Positions 11,250-20,532 of a DNA stretch of 64,000 nucleotides are shown here, one piece after another. Positions within the stretch are counted from its first letter, which is position 1. Every line of letters begins with the position of its first letter. The stretch comes from Chloroflexota bacterium. GTDB lineage: Bacteria; Chloroflexota; Limnocylindria; Limnocylindrales; CSP1-4. The DNA lies in contig PMXQ01000080.1 of assembly GCA_003171065.1 (NCBI GenBank), positions 7,948 through 71,947 on the forward strand. The letters run 5' to 3'. The notes under the pieces are model-generated. The model worked only from the letters and a program-made list of their open reading frames with translations. It had not been told where the DNA came from and searched no databases. A program made the translations under genes and the position numbers.

Positions 11250-13196
11250 TCAAGGCAGCATGCCGGGTGGCAGGAACGAAAACAGGGCCTTGACGACAAG
11301 CACCGCACCCTGTTGCGTGTAGTGAACGCCATCCGAACGAAGGGTGACTCCCGAGAGTACCGCGGGGCATACCTCGTCGTTCGGGCACAACGCCGGGTCG
11401 GGGTTGATGAGGGTAACCTGGCTCTGATGTCCGGCGGCCCAAAGCCGGTATTCGGTTCGCAGCACCCCGTCCTGGAAATACGGGTGCGTGCACCCACTTA
11501 CGCTCAGGTCCGAAGGCTTGGTGCAAGACGTTGGATTCACTCCGGTATTGTGAGGTGGGAGGACCAGGACGACGTGGGCTCCTCGTCTCGTGAGCCGCGC
11601 CAACACACTGTCCCAGTCGGCGAAGACAGCTTGTTGCCATTCCGGAGTGCCACCGGCCAGGACCTTGCCATCCTGAAGGATGTCGTAACGCTCGCGGCCG
11701 CTGCTCCAGAAGATCAGGCTGGGGTTGAACTGCTCGACCATTGCTGTTTGTTGCGTCACGGCGACATCGATGCATCGCGTGTCGTTGGCGAACGGGATGC
11801 CATTTTTGTCGACACGTACCGCCTCACCGAGCGAGCAGTCCGGGAAGGTCGCGGCGACCACCGAGAGCGACCGTGAAGCTCCCCAGTACACGAAACCGGG
11901 GTACAGGCTCGTGGCGACCGAATCGCCGACCAGGCCGATCGTACCTCGTGACGGAGACACGGTGTTGCTGAGCAGGTCCCGGTTCAGGTCCAAGTACAGA
12001 GGAAGCGGTTGGGCGCCTTGGGTCTGAGCAACGGTAAGCGACCCTACGACTAGCACACAGACCGCGGCGCCAGCGAACACCTGTGGGGCGCCGAGCCGGA
12101 TCCGACCGAGCGTGCCCCTCCGGATCGGCCGCTCGACGACGTAGAAGGAGGCTGTCGTCACGAGGAGCGTAGCCCCGACGCGCGCGATCGCGAGCGCCGG
12201 TCCATCGAGGCCCGTCGTTGCGGGCGTCAGCCAGACGATCATCGGCCAGTGCCAGAGATAGGCTCCATACGAGACAGCGCCGAGCCACACGACTGGCCGC
12301 AGCTCAAGCAGGCGAAGGACATAACCCCGCGACCCGGACCCAGCGACGACCGCGATGACGAGCGCGGCGGCCACGACCGAGAACGCGGTGGATCCACCAA
12401 AGTAGTAGATCGAGTCGATGTCAGAGACGAAGACCGCGGCGGCAACGATGGCGGTCAGCCCCACGGCTGAGACGATGGCGGCGTGGCGTCCCAGGAAGTT
12501 CGTCACCCGCGGGGCGCCGGCTACCAGCGTGGCCCCAAGGGCACCGATGAGCAGTTCGTGAGCGCGGGTGAATGTCGCGTAGTAGGCAAACGACGGATCC
12601 GATCTGTTGTACGTGAGGGCGAGCGAGATCACCGAAGCGACAATCCCGGCGACAAGCAGCGCCAGCACGGCCCGACGTCCCCAGACCCTGGTCAGGCGGG
12701 CAAACGCGAGCGCCGCGAACGCCAGCAGAGGCCAGACCACGTAGAACTGCTCCTCGATCGCCAGCGACCAGAGGTGCGTGACGGGGGAGGGCGACAGGAA
12801 CTGCAGGAAATAACTCTGGCCGACGGCGATGAAATGCCAGTTGGCGACGTAACCGAGCGCCGAGAGTATGTCCCAGCGGAGAACGCCGCGGTCAAACGGT
12901 GAAGTCGTACCTGCCCATACCGCCATCACGGCGAGCAGGACGAACAGGGCCGGCAGAAGACGGCGGGCGCGTCGGAGCCAGAAGCCGACGAGATCGATCC
13001 GCCCGTTCGAAGCGAATTCGCGCAGCAGCAGGGTCGTGATGAGGAATCCGGAGAGCACGAAGAAGAGATCGACGCCCAGGAACCCGCCGCCCATCATGCC
13101 CAGGTGATACGCGATCACCATGCTCACCGCGACCGCTCTCAGGCCGTCGAGGGCCGGAACATGAGCAAGGCTGCCCTGACCTGATCTGGCGCGCAA
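11250..13196 (-). CDS. Acyltransferase-3 (OafA/YrhL-like) fused to a SGNH/GDSL-like domain, a probable glycan O-acetyltransferase
   Basis: LDGLRAVAVSMVIAYHLGM opens about 10 TM helices. The C-terminal part has a GDS block (IGLVGDSVATSLYPG). The start is uncertain, and TTG 13196 is the closest start upstream of the AT3 motif. The 789-aa ORF-track version has an implausible basic extension. Confidence 0.75.
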   Translation of the reverse strand: MRARSGQGSLAHVPALDGLRAVAVSMVIAYHLGMMGGGFLGVDLFFVLSGFLITTLLLREFASNGRIDLVGFWLRRARRLLPALFVLLAVMAVWAGTTSPFDRGVLRWDILSALGYVANWHFIAVGQSYFLQFLSPSPVTHLWSLAIEEQFYVVWPLLAFAALAFARLTRVWGRRAVLALLVAGIVASVISLALTYNRSDPSFAYYATFTRAHELLIGALGATLVAGAPRVTNFLGRHAAIVSAVGLTAIVAAAVFVSDIDSIYYFGGSTAFSVVAAALVIAVVAGSGSRGYVLRLLELRPVVWLGAVSYGAYLWHWPMIVWLTPATTGLDGPALAIARVGATLLVTTASFYVVERPIRRGTLGRIRLGAPQVFAGAAVCVLVVGSLTVAQTQGAQPLPLYLDLNRDLLSNTVSPSRGTIGLVGDSVATSLYPGFVYWGASRSLSVVAATFPDCSLGEAVRVDKNGIPFANDTRCIDVAVTQQTAMVEQFNPSLIFWSSGRERYDILQDGKVLAGGTPEWQQAVFADWDSVLARLTRRGAHVVLVLPPHNTGVNPTSCTKPSDLSVSGCTHPYFQDGVLRTEYRLWAAGHQSQVTLINPDPALCPNDEVCPAVLSGVTLRSDGVHYTQQGAVLVVKALFSFLPPGMLP

Positions 13197-13648
13197 GATC
13201 TCAGCTGGGGCTTTGGGCAAGTGCGGACTATCGGTCGACTGATCGGCCGTGCAATCCGGGGGAGGGCCGGCGGCCGGCTTTAGCGCTGGGGCTTGTCCTT
13301 TGGCCGACCGGGGTGACTTCACAGAACCTCTCCCCTCCAGTTCCGGACACCGTCGCGACGCACACCATCGTCGTGTCGGTCGTTCCTTCTTGGCAGGTCT
13401 GCTCAAGACGGCGCTTCTCTCGTACCCGGTCCGTGAGTACGCCGAGGGCGGAGTGCAGGGCGATTGTACGGAACCTCGACTACGTTGACACGGCGGCTTC
13501 GCAACCACTCGAACCCCGCGGCGTGGACGCCTGGCCAGGCGTGGGCGGGCACGTCTCGGGTTGGGAGCCATCCCAGAGGCGGCATCGGACGCGCCCCACC
13601 GCGCCGCTACCGCAACCACCGGCCGCCTCCTCCTGTATCGTTGCAGGT

Positions 13649-14986
13649 ATGTCTGACACCTACCATCTCACCGTCGTCGGAGCCGGCTACGTCGGGCTGG
13701 CCACCGCAATCGGGCTCGCGTCGCGCGGGCACACCGTGGACCTCGTCGAAGTCCGCCAGGACCGCCTCGACGCTCTCGCCAGGGGCGAACTTCCGATACA
13801 CGAGCCGGGCATGGACGCGGCCTTTGCCGATCCGGTCGTCCGAGACCGTATTCGTGCCGTGGCGCGGATCCCCGAGGGGCCATCCGACCTGGTTCTGATC
13901 TGCGTCGGGACGCCGGTGGGCGAGAACGGGCGGAGCGATCTGCGCCAGCTCCAGAGCGCCCTGGAAGCGTCGCGTCCACTGGCGCAATCCGGCGTGCCTC
14001 TTGTCATTCGCAGCACGCTGCCGGTCGGTTCCAACGACCAGATCATTCGCTGGGCTGGCGGCGACCCCTCTCGGATCTTCACCAACCCTGAGTTCCTGGT
14101 CCAGGGCAGGGCCCTGGAGGACTTCCTCGCGCCGAGCCGGGTGGTCATCGGCAGGTTTCCCGACGCAGACGCGAAGGCCCTGGCCGTGGTCGAAACCGTC
14201 CTCAGCGTTGGCGCGTGCCCGGTGATGGTGGTAAGCGTGGCCGAAGCCGACCTCATCAAGAATGGGGCCAACGCGTTTCTGGCCCTGAAGCTCTCCTACG
14301 CCAACGAGCTGGCCGTTCTGTGCGAGGAGCTCGGCGCCGACGTGGTCACGGTCATCGACGGGATCGGGCTGGACCCACGCCTGGGCAAGAAGTACATGCA
14401 GCCCGGCTTCGGCTTCGGCGGCAGTTGCCTGCCCAAGGATCTCCGCTCGCTCACCAACGTGGGGCGCGACCTGGGGCTGGAGATGCACGTCACCTCGGCC
14501 GCTTCCGAAGCCAACGAGTCTCACCAGCGGCGGTTCGCCCGACGCATATTGGGGTCGCTCGAGCCGGGCGCCAGACGAGTTGCCATGCTGGGCCTGGCCT
14601 TCAAAGCGGGCACGGACGACGTCAGGTCGTCGCCCGCGCTGCGGGTCGCAGAGCTGCTCATGGCTCGCGGCGTCGAAGTCGTGGGCTACGACCCTCACGC
14701 CGCTCGGAACGCGGCCGCGGTCCTGCCCGGGCTGCATCTGGCAGCCACGGCGGAGGAGGCGCTCGAAGGAGCCGGTGCTGCCGTGATCGGCACCGAATGG
14801 CCGGAGTTCCGCGAGCTGGACTGGCGCTCAATCGCGTCGAGGATGGCTGCCCCGGTCGTGTTCGACGGCCGGCGGCTGTTGGATGGGCCGGCGCTGCGGG
14901 CGCTGGGATTCCGCTATGAGGCCGTGGGGGCGCCGGTATCGACCCAGCCCGCTCGAGTGCGGGGGGGGGCTAGAGCCGCAGGCTAG
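13649..14986 (+). CDS. ugd: UDP-glucose 6-dehydrogenase
   Basis: MSDTYHLTVVGAGYVGLATAIGLASRGHTV Rossmann N-terminus and catalytic-Cys motif GFGGSCLPKDLRSL. The start is set to ATG 13649; the ORF-track upstream extension overlaps the divergent gene. Confidence 0.85.
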   Translation: MSDTYHLTVVGAGYVGLATAIGLASRGHTVDLVEVRQDRLDALARGELPIHEPGMDAAFADPVVRDRIRAVARIPEGPSDLVLICVGTPVGENGRSDLRQLQSALEASRPLAQSGVPLVIRSTLPVGSNDQIIRWAGGDPSRIFTNPEFLVQGRALEDFLAPSRVVIGRFPDADAKALAVVETVLSVGACPVMVVSVAEADLIKNGANAFLALKLSYANELAVLCEELGADVVTVIDGIGLDPRLGKKYMQPGFGFGGSCLPKDLRSLTNVGRDLGLEMHVTSAASEANESHQRRFARRILGSLEPGARRVAMLGLAFKAGTDDVRSSPALRVAELLMARGVEVVGYDPHAARNAAAVLPGLHLAATAEEALEGAGAAVIGTEWPEFRELDWRSIASRMAAPVVFDGRRLLDGPALRALGFRYEAVGAPVSTQPARVRGGARAAG

Positions 14987-15045
14987 AGGGCGAAGGTCGG
15001 CCGGTCCGGATCGCGCTAGCCGAGGGGCCTGGCCGACAGGTCGCG

Positions 15046-16491
15046 TCAGCGCCCCGTCAGCATCGCCGGCATGGTGCGGGCGATGATCTTGACGTCAAGC
15101 CAGAGGGACCAGTTGTCGATGTACTCGAGGTCTTTCTCGACCCAGTGGTCGAACTCGGGGGATCGACGAGCGCCTATCTGCCACAGACCCGTCATGCCGG
15201 GCTTCATCGACAGCCGCCGGCGATGCCAGACGTCGTAGCGGGCGACCTCGCTCGCCAGCGGCGGCCGAGGTCCTACGAGGCTCATCTCGCCTCGAAAGAC
15301 GTTCCAGAGCTGGGGCAACTCGTCCAGAGATGTCCGGCGCAGGAACCGGCCCATGCGGGTCACCCTGGGGTCGCGCTCCAGCTTGAAGGCATGGCCCTGG
15401 ATTTCATTGCGCTCTCTCAACTCGGCGAGCCGTTGCTCGGCGTCCGAGCACATGCTGCGGAACTTGACCATGGTGAAGGTTCGGCCGTGGAGGCCGACTC
15501 GCTCCTGGCGGAACAGGACCGGTCCACTGGAGTCGAGTCGCACCAGCAGCGCGAGCAGGGCCATGATCGGCACCAGGACCACCATGAGGACTATCGACGC
15601 GAGGATATCCACGATGCGCTTGGCGAGCAGTCCGAGGGCCCGGTCAGGACCGTTCGCAAGGGAGTAAACGCCCACTCCGTCGATATTCTCCAGGCGACCG
15701 AGTGTCAACACCCGTTCTATCGGAGCCGCCGGCACCCTCACGACCTTGCCTTCCTGCTGGCACAGGTGGGCAGCCTGCTCGATGAGATCCTCCATGGCGA
15801 ACGGGAGGCAGATGGCAACCTCGTCCACTATCCGAGTGTGTAGCACCGTCTCGAGGTCTTCGACAGAGCCGAGCAGCGGTCGACCCAGGTAGACGCCGTT
15901 GTCCGACACCCCCGCCTTCAGGTGCCCGATGACCACCAGGCCCAGTTCGGGGTGGCCTTCGACCATGTTGGCGAACGCCTTTGCCCTCGCGTTGGCGCCC
16001 AGTACGAGCATGTGGCGGACGTTGCGGCCTTTGTTGCGAAGATAGAACAGCGCATACCGCATCCCCACTCGCAAGCCGAAGGCGGCCGCCACCAGCGACG
16101 GAAAGACGACCAACAGGAGAAGGCGGCTCACATCCGGGAGCTTGAAGAGGAACAGGGCGCTCAGCGTTATCGCCACCAGGGCGATCGCTGCCCCCAGAAC
16201 CTCGCTGAACTCACTCCGCAGCGTCCAGTGCCAGCGACCGCGGTAGAGGCCACGCATCCACAGCAGGCCTATCCATGTGAAGACGAACAGGCCCACGGCG
16301 AGTCTGGCGTCCGGGAGCGAGGCGTCGAGGGCCGTGTCCCACTCTGCGGCCGGCCCGAACCTGAGGCTGGTTGCGATGACGACGACCGCAACGGCAACCA
16401 GCGCATCAGCCATCATCAGGATGAGCTGGAACAGGGCAGCGTGGCGACGAATCATGCGCCCCGGCCTCTCCTCCGCTTCCGGCGCCAGCAC
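15046..16491 (-). CDS. Polyprenyl-phosphate hexose-1-phosphate transferase (WbaP/WcaJ-type PHPT, bacterial sugar transferase)
   Basis: N-terminal TM bundle plus C-terminal FRQERVGLHGRTFTMVKFRSM and SLVGPRPP motifs. ATG 16455 (MIRRH) is an alternative start. Confidence 0.85.
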   Translation of the reverse strand: MLAPEAEERPGRMIRRHAALFQLILMMADALVAVAVVVIATSLRFGPAAEWDTALDASLPDARLAVGLFVFTWIGLLWMRGLYRGRWHWTLRSEFSEVLGAAIALVAITLSALFLFKLPDVSRLLLLVVFPSLVAAAFGLRVGMRYALFYLRNKGRNVRHMLVLGANARAKAFANMVEGHPELGLVVIGHLKAGVSDNGVYLGRPLLGSVEDLETVLHTRIVDEVAICLPFAMEDLIEQAAHLCQQEGKVVRVPAAPIERVLTLGRLENIDGVGVYSLANGPDRALGLLAKRIVDILASIVLMVVLVPIMALLALLVRLDSSGPVLFRQERVGLHGRTFTMVKFRSMCSDAEQRLAELRERNEIQGHAFKLERDPRVTRMGRFLRRTSLDELPQLWNVFRGEMSLVGPRPPLASEVARYDVWHRRRLSMKPGMTGLWQIGARRSPEFDHWVEKDLEYIDNWSLWLDVKIIARTMPAMLTGR

Positions 16492-16804
16492 TCACGGGCG
16501 CTAGGGATCGACCCGCATTGTACTCGGTGACGCACAGCACGGATTAAGCATCTCCCAGGCGGAGCGCTTGCGGGCGCTCCCGCCGCCGCTGTGGCGTTGA
16601 GGATCTGACTTCGCAGCAGGTCATGGGCTGGGGCGGCTCCGCTTCGCATCTCCGCGACCGGGCATCCGGCCGGGCACTGTGAGCCTCAACGGGACCCCGC
16701 CCGGTGTGGGATACTCGACCCAACTCCGCGAGTCACCGCGGACCCCACGTCGCGGGTTTTCGCTCGGGCACACGGTCTGAGCGGCTCCGCACCGCCAGGA
16801 CGGC

Positions 16805-18136
16805 TTGTCGAGAAACATGTTGTTGGACTCTCAGAGCGCGCGAAAAGCCGTGAGCCCCGCTCCGTCCAAGCGTGTCTGCGTCATCGGGCTTGGTTTCGCC
16901 GGGCTTCCCACCGCAACCGCAATCGCCTCCGCCGGGCACCAGACCACAGGGCTCGACATCGATGCAGCCAAGGTCGCCAGCATCAACGGCGGCCATGCCA
17001 CGAGCGGCATCCCCGCCGACGCAATCGCCCCGCTCATCGAGGATGGGTCTCTCACGGCCACGACGGACGCGGCGGCCATCGCGCGAGCCGAGGTCGTGCT
17101 CATCACCGTGCCGACGCCGATCGACAGCGAGGGACGGCCCTACGAGGTCCCCGTCGAACGGGCCTGCGAAACGGTTCTCGAGCACGTCTCGGACGGGACT
17201 CTGATCGTGATGCAATGCACGGTCGTCCCCGGGACCACTCGTCGCCTGCTGGTCGACCCGCTCAACGCCGCGGGGCGCAAGGTGGGAGAGGACATCTTCG
17301 TTGCCTTCAGCCCCGAGCGAATCAACCCGGGCGACCCTGTCTTCAACGTCAGCAATACGGCCAAGCTCGTGGCCGGCGCCACCGATGCCTGCCTCGAGCG
17401 CGGTCGCGAGTTCGTGGCCTCGTTCGTGTCCACCGCCATGCCAGTAGCCTCACTCGAGACGGCCGAGCTGGCCAAGCTCGTCGAGAACACCTTCCGCTTC
17501 ATCAACATCAGCTTCGTCAATGAGCTGGCCGTTCTGTGCGACCGTTTCGGGGTCAATTCCTGGGACGTGATCCAGGCGGCCGCCACCAAGCCGTTCGCGT
17601 TCATGGCTCATTTCCCGGGGCCCGGCATTGGCGGCGACTGCATCCCCGTCTCCCCGCGCTACCTTCAGGCCGCGGCGGAGCGCAAGGGCCTCGTCTCGGA
17701 CGTGATCGCGGCCTCGTTCCGCGCCACCGGACGAATGCCCGGGCACGTCGCGGATCGCCTCGCGGCTCTGCTTGCCGAGCGCGGTCGGCTCATGACCGGG
17801 GCGCGGGTGATCGTCGTGGGGCTGGCGTATAAGCCGGACATCGCCGACACGCGCCATTCTCCGGCTGTCGGCGTGATCCACGAGCTCGAGTCCCGTGGGG
17901 CTGAGGTTCTGGTCCACGATCCGCTGGCCACCGGGATCATCGTCGACGGGGTCTTGCGCCCTTCCGTCCCACTCGATCGGGTCTGGCCGGCGGGTGCTGT
18001 CGGGGCCGACGCCGCTGTCGTGGTCACGCCCCACTCCAGCATCGACTATTCGGCTCTGGCCGGTCAGGTCGGAGTCGTGCTCGACACCAGGAATGCGCTC
18101 GCACGCATTGGCTCAGACCGGATAGTCTCTCTCTGA
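16805..18136 (+). CDS. Nucleotide-sugar dehydrogenase (UDP-N-acetyl-hexosamine dehydrogenase, WecC/WbpA/TviB-like)
   Basis: VCVIGLGFAGLPTATAIASAGH Rossmann motif and catalytic Cys in GIGGDCIPVSPRYL. It is a distinct paralog of ugd. Confidence 0.8.
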   Translation: MSRNMLLDSQSARKAVSPAPSKRVCVIGLGFAGLPTATAIASAGHQTTGLDIDAAKVASINGGHATSGIPADAIAPLIEDGSLTATTDAAAIARAEVVLITVPTPIDSEGRPYEVPVERACETVLEHVSDGTLIVMQCTVVPGTTRRLLVDPLNAAGRKVGEDIFVAFSPERINPGDPVFNVSNTAKLVAGATDACLERGREFVASFVSTAMPVASLETAELAKLVENTFRFINISFVNELAVLCDRFGVNSWDVIQAAATKPFAFMAHFPGPGIGGDCIPVSPRYLQAAAERKGLVSDVIAASFRATGRMPGHVADRLAALLAERGRLMTGARVIVVGLAYKPDIADTRHSPAVGVIHELESRGAEVLVHDPLATGIIVDGVLRPSVPLDRVWPAGAVGADAAVVVTPHSSIDYSALAGQVGVVLDTRNALARIGSDRIVSL

Positions 18137-18337
18137 GCGGCGGTCGAGGTAAATCGGAGGCGCCGTCCCGTCGGCGCGAAGAAGCGATCGTTCGAATAGT
18201 GCCCAGCCAGCACGGGCAGGCGACCTGTCGCATTCACTGGGGGGACATCGGCTCCGCGCGTCGCAGGCGTCAAAGCAGCGCATGGACGGCGTCGACAGCC
18301 TGTATCGTCACGTGCCAGCAGAGCGAGGTGTGAAGCT

Positions 18338-19459
18338 GTGATCTCGGGTCCGCTGGCTGTCGGCGTGGCCGCCTTCGTGGTGGCGGTGCTGATGGTGCCC
18401 GTAACGAACAGGCTGGCCTTTCGCTACGGGGCGGTCGTCCACCCCCGTGCCGATCGCTGGTCCCGCCAGGTCGTGCCGATCCTGGGCGGCCTGGCCGTGG
18501 CCATCGCGGTCGGGGCCGTCGCCTGGATGGCCGTCGACGAAGGAACGACGCTGACGGCATGGCTGGCCGGCCTCGTCGGCCTCACGGTTCTTGGGCTCAT
18601 GGACGACCTGTGGGACGTGCACCCGCGTTATCGCCTGATCGCCGAGGCGCTGCTGGGCGCCGGTTTCACGGTCGTCGTCTTCGACGATCTCGACACTCTG
18701 CCCAGGCTGGCGGTGGGCCTGGCCGGCGCCATCGCCATTCCCGTGATGACCAACGCCACGAACCTGGTCGACAATTCGGACGGTCTGGCAAGCTCCCTGT
18801 CGGCGGAGACTTCCCTGACCATCGCACTTACGGCGATCGTGGCCGGCATGAAGGGCAACGAGGTGGGGTTGGGGCTGACGGTCACCGGCGCCTGCCTTGG
18901 CTTCCTGGTTCATAACCGCCCGCCGGCCCGGGTCTTCATGGGCGACGCGGGGAGCTTGATGCTCGGTTTCGCGCTGGCCGGCGCCGGAGTGCTGCTGATC
19001 CACGATGCGGATATCCACCCGAGTCCGCACGCGACTGCTGCCGCCCTGGCCGTTCCGCTCGCCGCATTCGTTCAGTTCGGCGACGTGGCCATGGTCTCGG
19101 TGACGCGCATGCGGCGCGGCGTCTCACCGTTCCAGGGTGGCACGGATCACACCTCGCACCGGCTGGTCCGCGCCGGCCTTGACCCCTGGGAGATGCTCGG
19201 CGTCGTGGGGCTGGCCAGCGGCGTGTGCGGCGGCCTGGCGATGCTCCTGGCCTGGCTCGCGCCCGACCCTCTCATCGAAATCGTCGTGGTGATTGCAGCC
19301 GGCGTCCTGGTGCTCGGTTTCGAGACGGTCGTCGCCCTGAGGGTTCCATTCGAACCACCGGTCGCGTCCGGCGGCTCGACCACGGGCTCGACCGCGGGCT
19401 CGACCGCGCAGGTGGCGAGCGTGGTAGCCGCCTCGAAGAACGCCGGCGGCTCCCGGTGA
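18338..19459 (+). CDS. MraY/WecA-family polyprenyl-phosphate N-acetylhexosamine-1-phosphate transferase (PNPT)
   Basis: NATNLVDNSDGLAS and VFMGDAGSLMLGFAL motifs in a multi-pass membrane protein. Confidence 0.85.
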   Translation: MISGPLAVGVAAFVVAVLMVPVTNRLAFRYGAVVHPRADRWSRQVVPILGGLAVAIAVGAVAWMAVDEGTTLTAWLAGLVGLTVLGLMDDLWDVHPRYRLIAEALLGAGFTVVVFDDLDTLPRLAVGLAGAIAIPVMTNATNLVDNSDGLASSLSAETSLTIALTAIVAGMKGNEVGLGLTVTGACLGFLVHNRPPARVFMGDAGSLMLGFALAGAGVLLIHDADIHPSPHATAAALAVPLAAFVQFGDVAMVSVTRMRRGVSPFQGGTDHTSHRLVRAGLDPWEMLGVVGLASGVCGGLAMLLAWLAPDPLIEIVVVIAAGVLVLGFETVVALRVPFEPPVASGGSTTGSTAGSTAQVASVVAASKNAGGSR

Positions 19460-20421
19460 GGGTCCTGATCACCGGCGGGGCCGGCTTCATCGGCTCCCAT
19501 CTGGTCAATGCGCACGTGGCCGGGGGCGATGACGTGGTCGTCGTGGACGACCTCTCGACCGGCCGCCGCGAGAACATCGCGGCCCACGTTGCCGCCGGTC
19601 GGGTCCACTTCCTCGAGGGCAAGGCGGAGGACCCGGCCGTCATCGAACCCGCCTTCGATGGCGTCGAGCTGGTCTATCACCTGGCCGCCGCGGTCGGCGT
19701 GTTCCAGATCCTGGCGCACCCCCTGGCGTCCATCCGGACGAACCTGGATGCCTCGTCCGCGGTCTTCGAGCGGGCGACGGCGCGCGGCATTCGGACGATC
19801 TTCACCTCCAGTAGCGAGGTCTACGGCAAGAATGTCTCGGACGCCCTGAACGAGGACGACGACACGACTTACGGCGCCACCAAGGTCCAACGCTGGCTAT
19901 ACGCGGTGTCGAAGGCCACGGACGAGTTCCTGGCCCTGGCCCACCACCAGGAGCTCGGGCTGCCGGTCACGGTCGTGCGTCTCTTCAACACGACCGGCCC
20001 GCGCCAGACCGGCGCCTACGGCATGGTCGTGCCGCGCTTCGTCCGCCAGGCGATCGAAGGCCGGCCGCTCACCGTCTACGGCGACGGCAGCCAGCTGCGC
20101 TGCTTCACCAACGTCCACGACGTCGTGGTCGCGCTGATGGCCCTGGCTGCCACGCCGGCCGCGATCGGCGAGGTGGTCAACGTCGGCAACCCGCGCGAGA
20201 TCTCGATCCGCGACCTTGCCGCTCTCGTGTGCGAGATCGTCGGCTCGAACTCGTCCGTCGAGCTCGTCGACTACGAGTCCGCGTACGGCAAGGGCTTCGA
20301 GGACATGCGCCGCCGCGTCCCGGACGTGAGCCGGCTGCGGAGCCTGATCGGCTTCGTGCCAACGACCCCGCTCGAAGAGACGATCAGGGAAATCGCCCGC
20401 GACATAGCTCCGGGCCGGTAG
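19456..20421 (+). CDS. NAD-dependent epimerase/dehydratase (extended SDR, UDP-glucuronate decarboxylase/4-epimerase-like)
   Basis: The GTG start overlaps the upstream stop (GTGA). Motifs are [15 protein letters not shown] and YAVSKATDEF. The ORF-track start at 19225 lies inside the upstream gene. Confidence 0.8.
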   Translation: MRVLITGGAGFIGSHLVNAHVAGGDDVVVVDDLSTGRRENIAAHVAAGRVHFLEGKAEDPAVIEPAFDGVELVYHLAAAVGVFQILAHPLASIRTNLDASSAVFERATARGIRTIFTSSSEVYGKNVSDALNEDDDTTYGATKVQRWLYAVSKATDEFLALAHHQELGLPVTVVRLFNTTGPRQTGAYGMVVPRFVRQAIEGRPLTVYGDGSQLRCFTNVHDVVVALMALAATPAAIGEVVNVGNPREISIRDLAALVCEIVGSNSSVELVDYESAYGKGFEDMRRRVPDVSRLRSLIGFVPTTPLEETIREIARDIAPGR

Positions 20422-20532
20422 CCCCCTGGGCCCACCGCCCCAGCGCCCGTTGCCACGACCACCGGCAACGGCCGGGTATGATCGCCGCTGCGCACCGGAA
20501 GGATCTGCGACCAGCTGGCAGGAGGCGCGGGA

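Noticed and set aside
13313-13648. N-terminal extensions of ugd (13313), the SDR (19225), the flippase (27306) and the membrane protein (35919) given by the ORF track
   Set aside because: The extensions overlap neighbouring genes and lack protein-like composition. Canonical family N-termini (Rossmann motifs, first TM segment) begin at the internal starts, often with stop/start overlap to the upstream gene.
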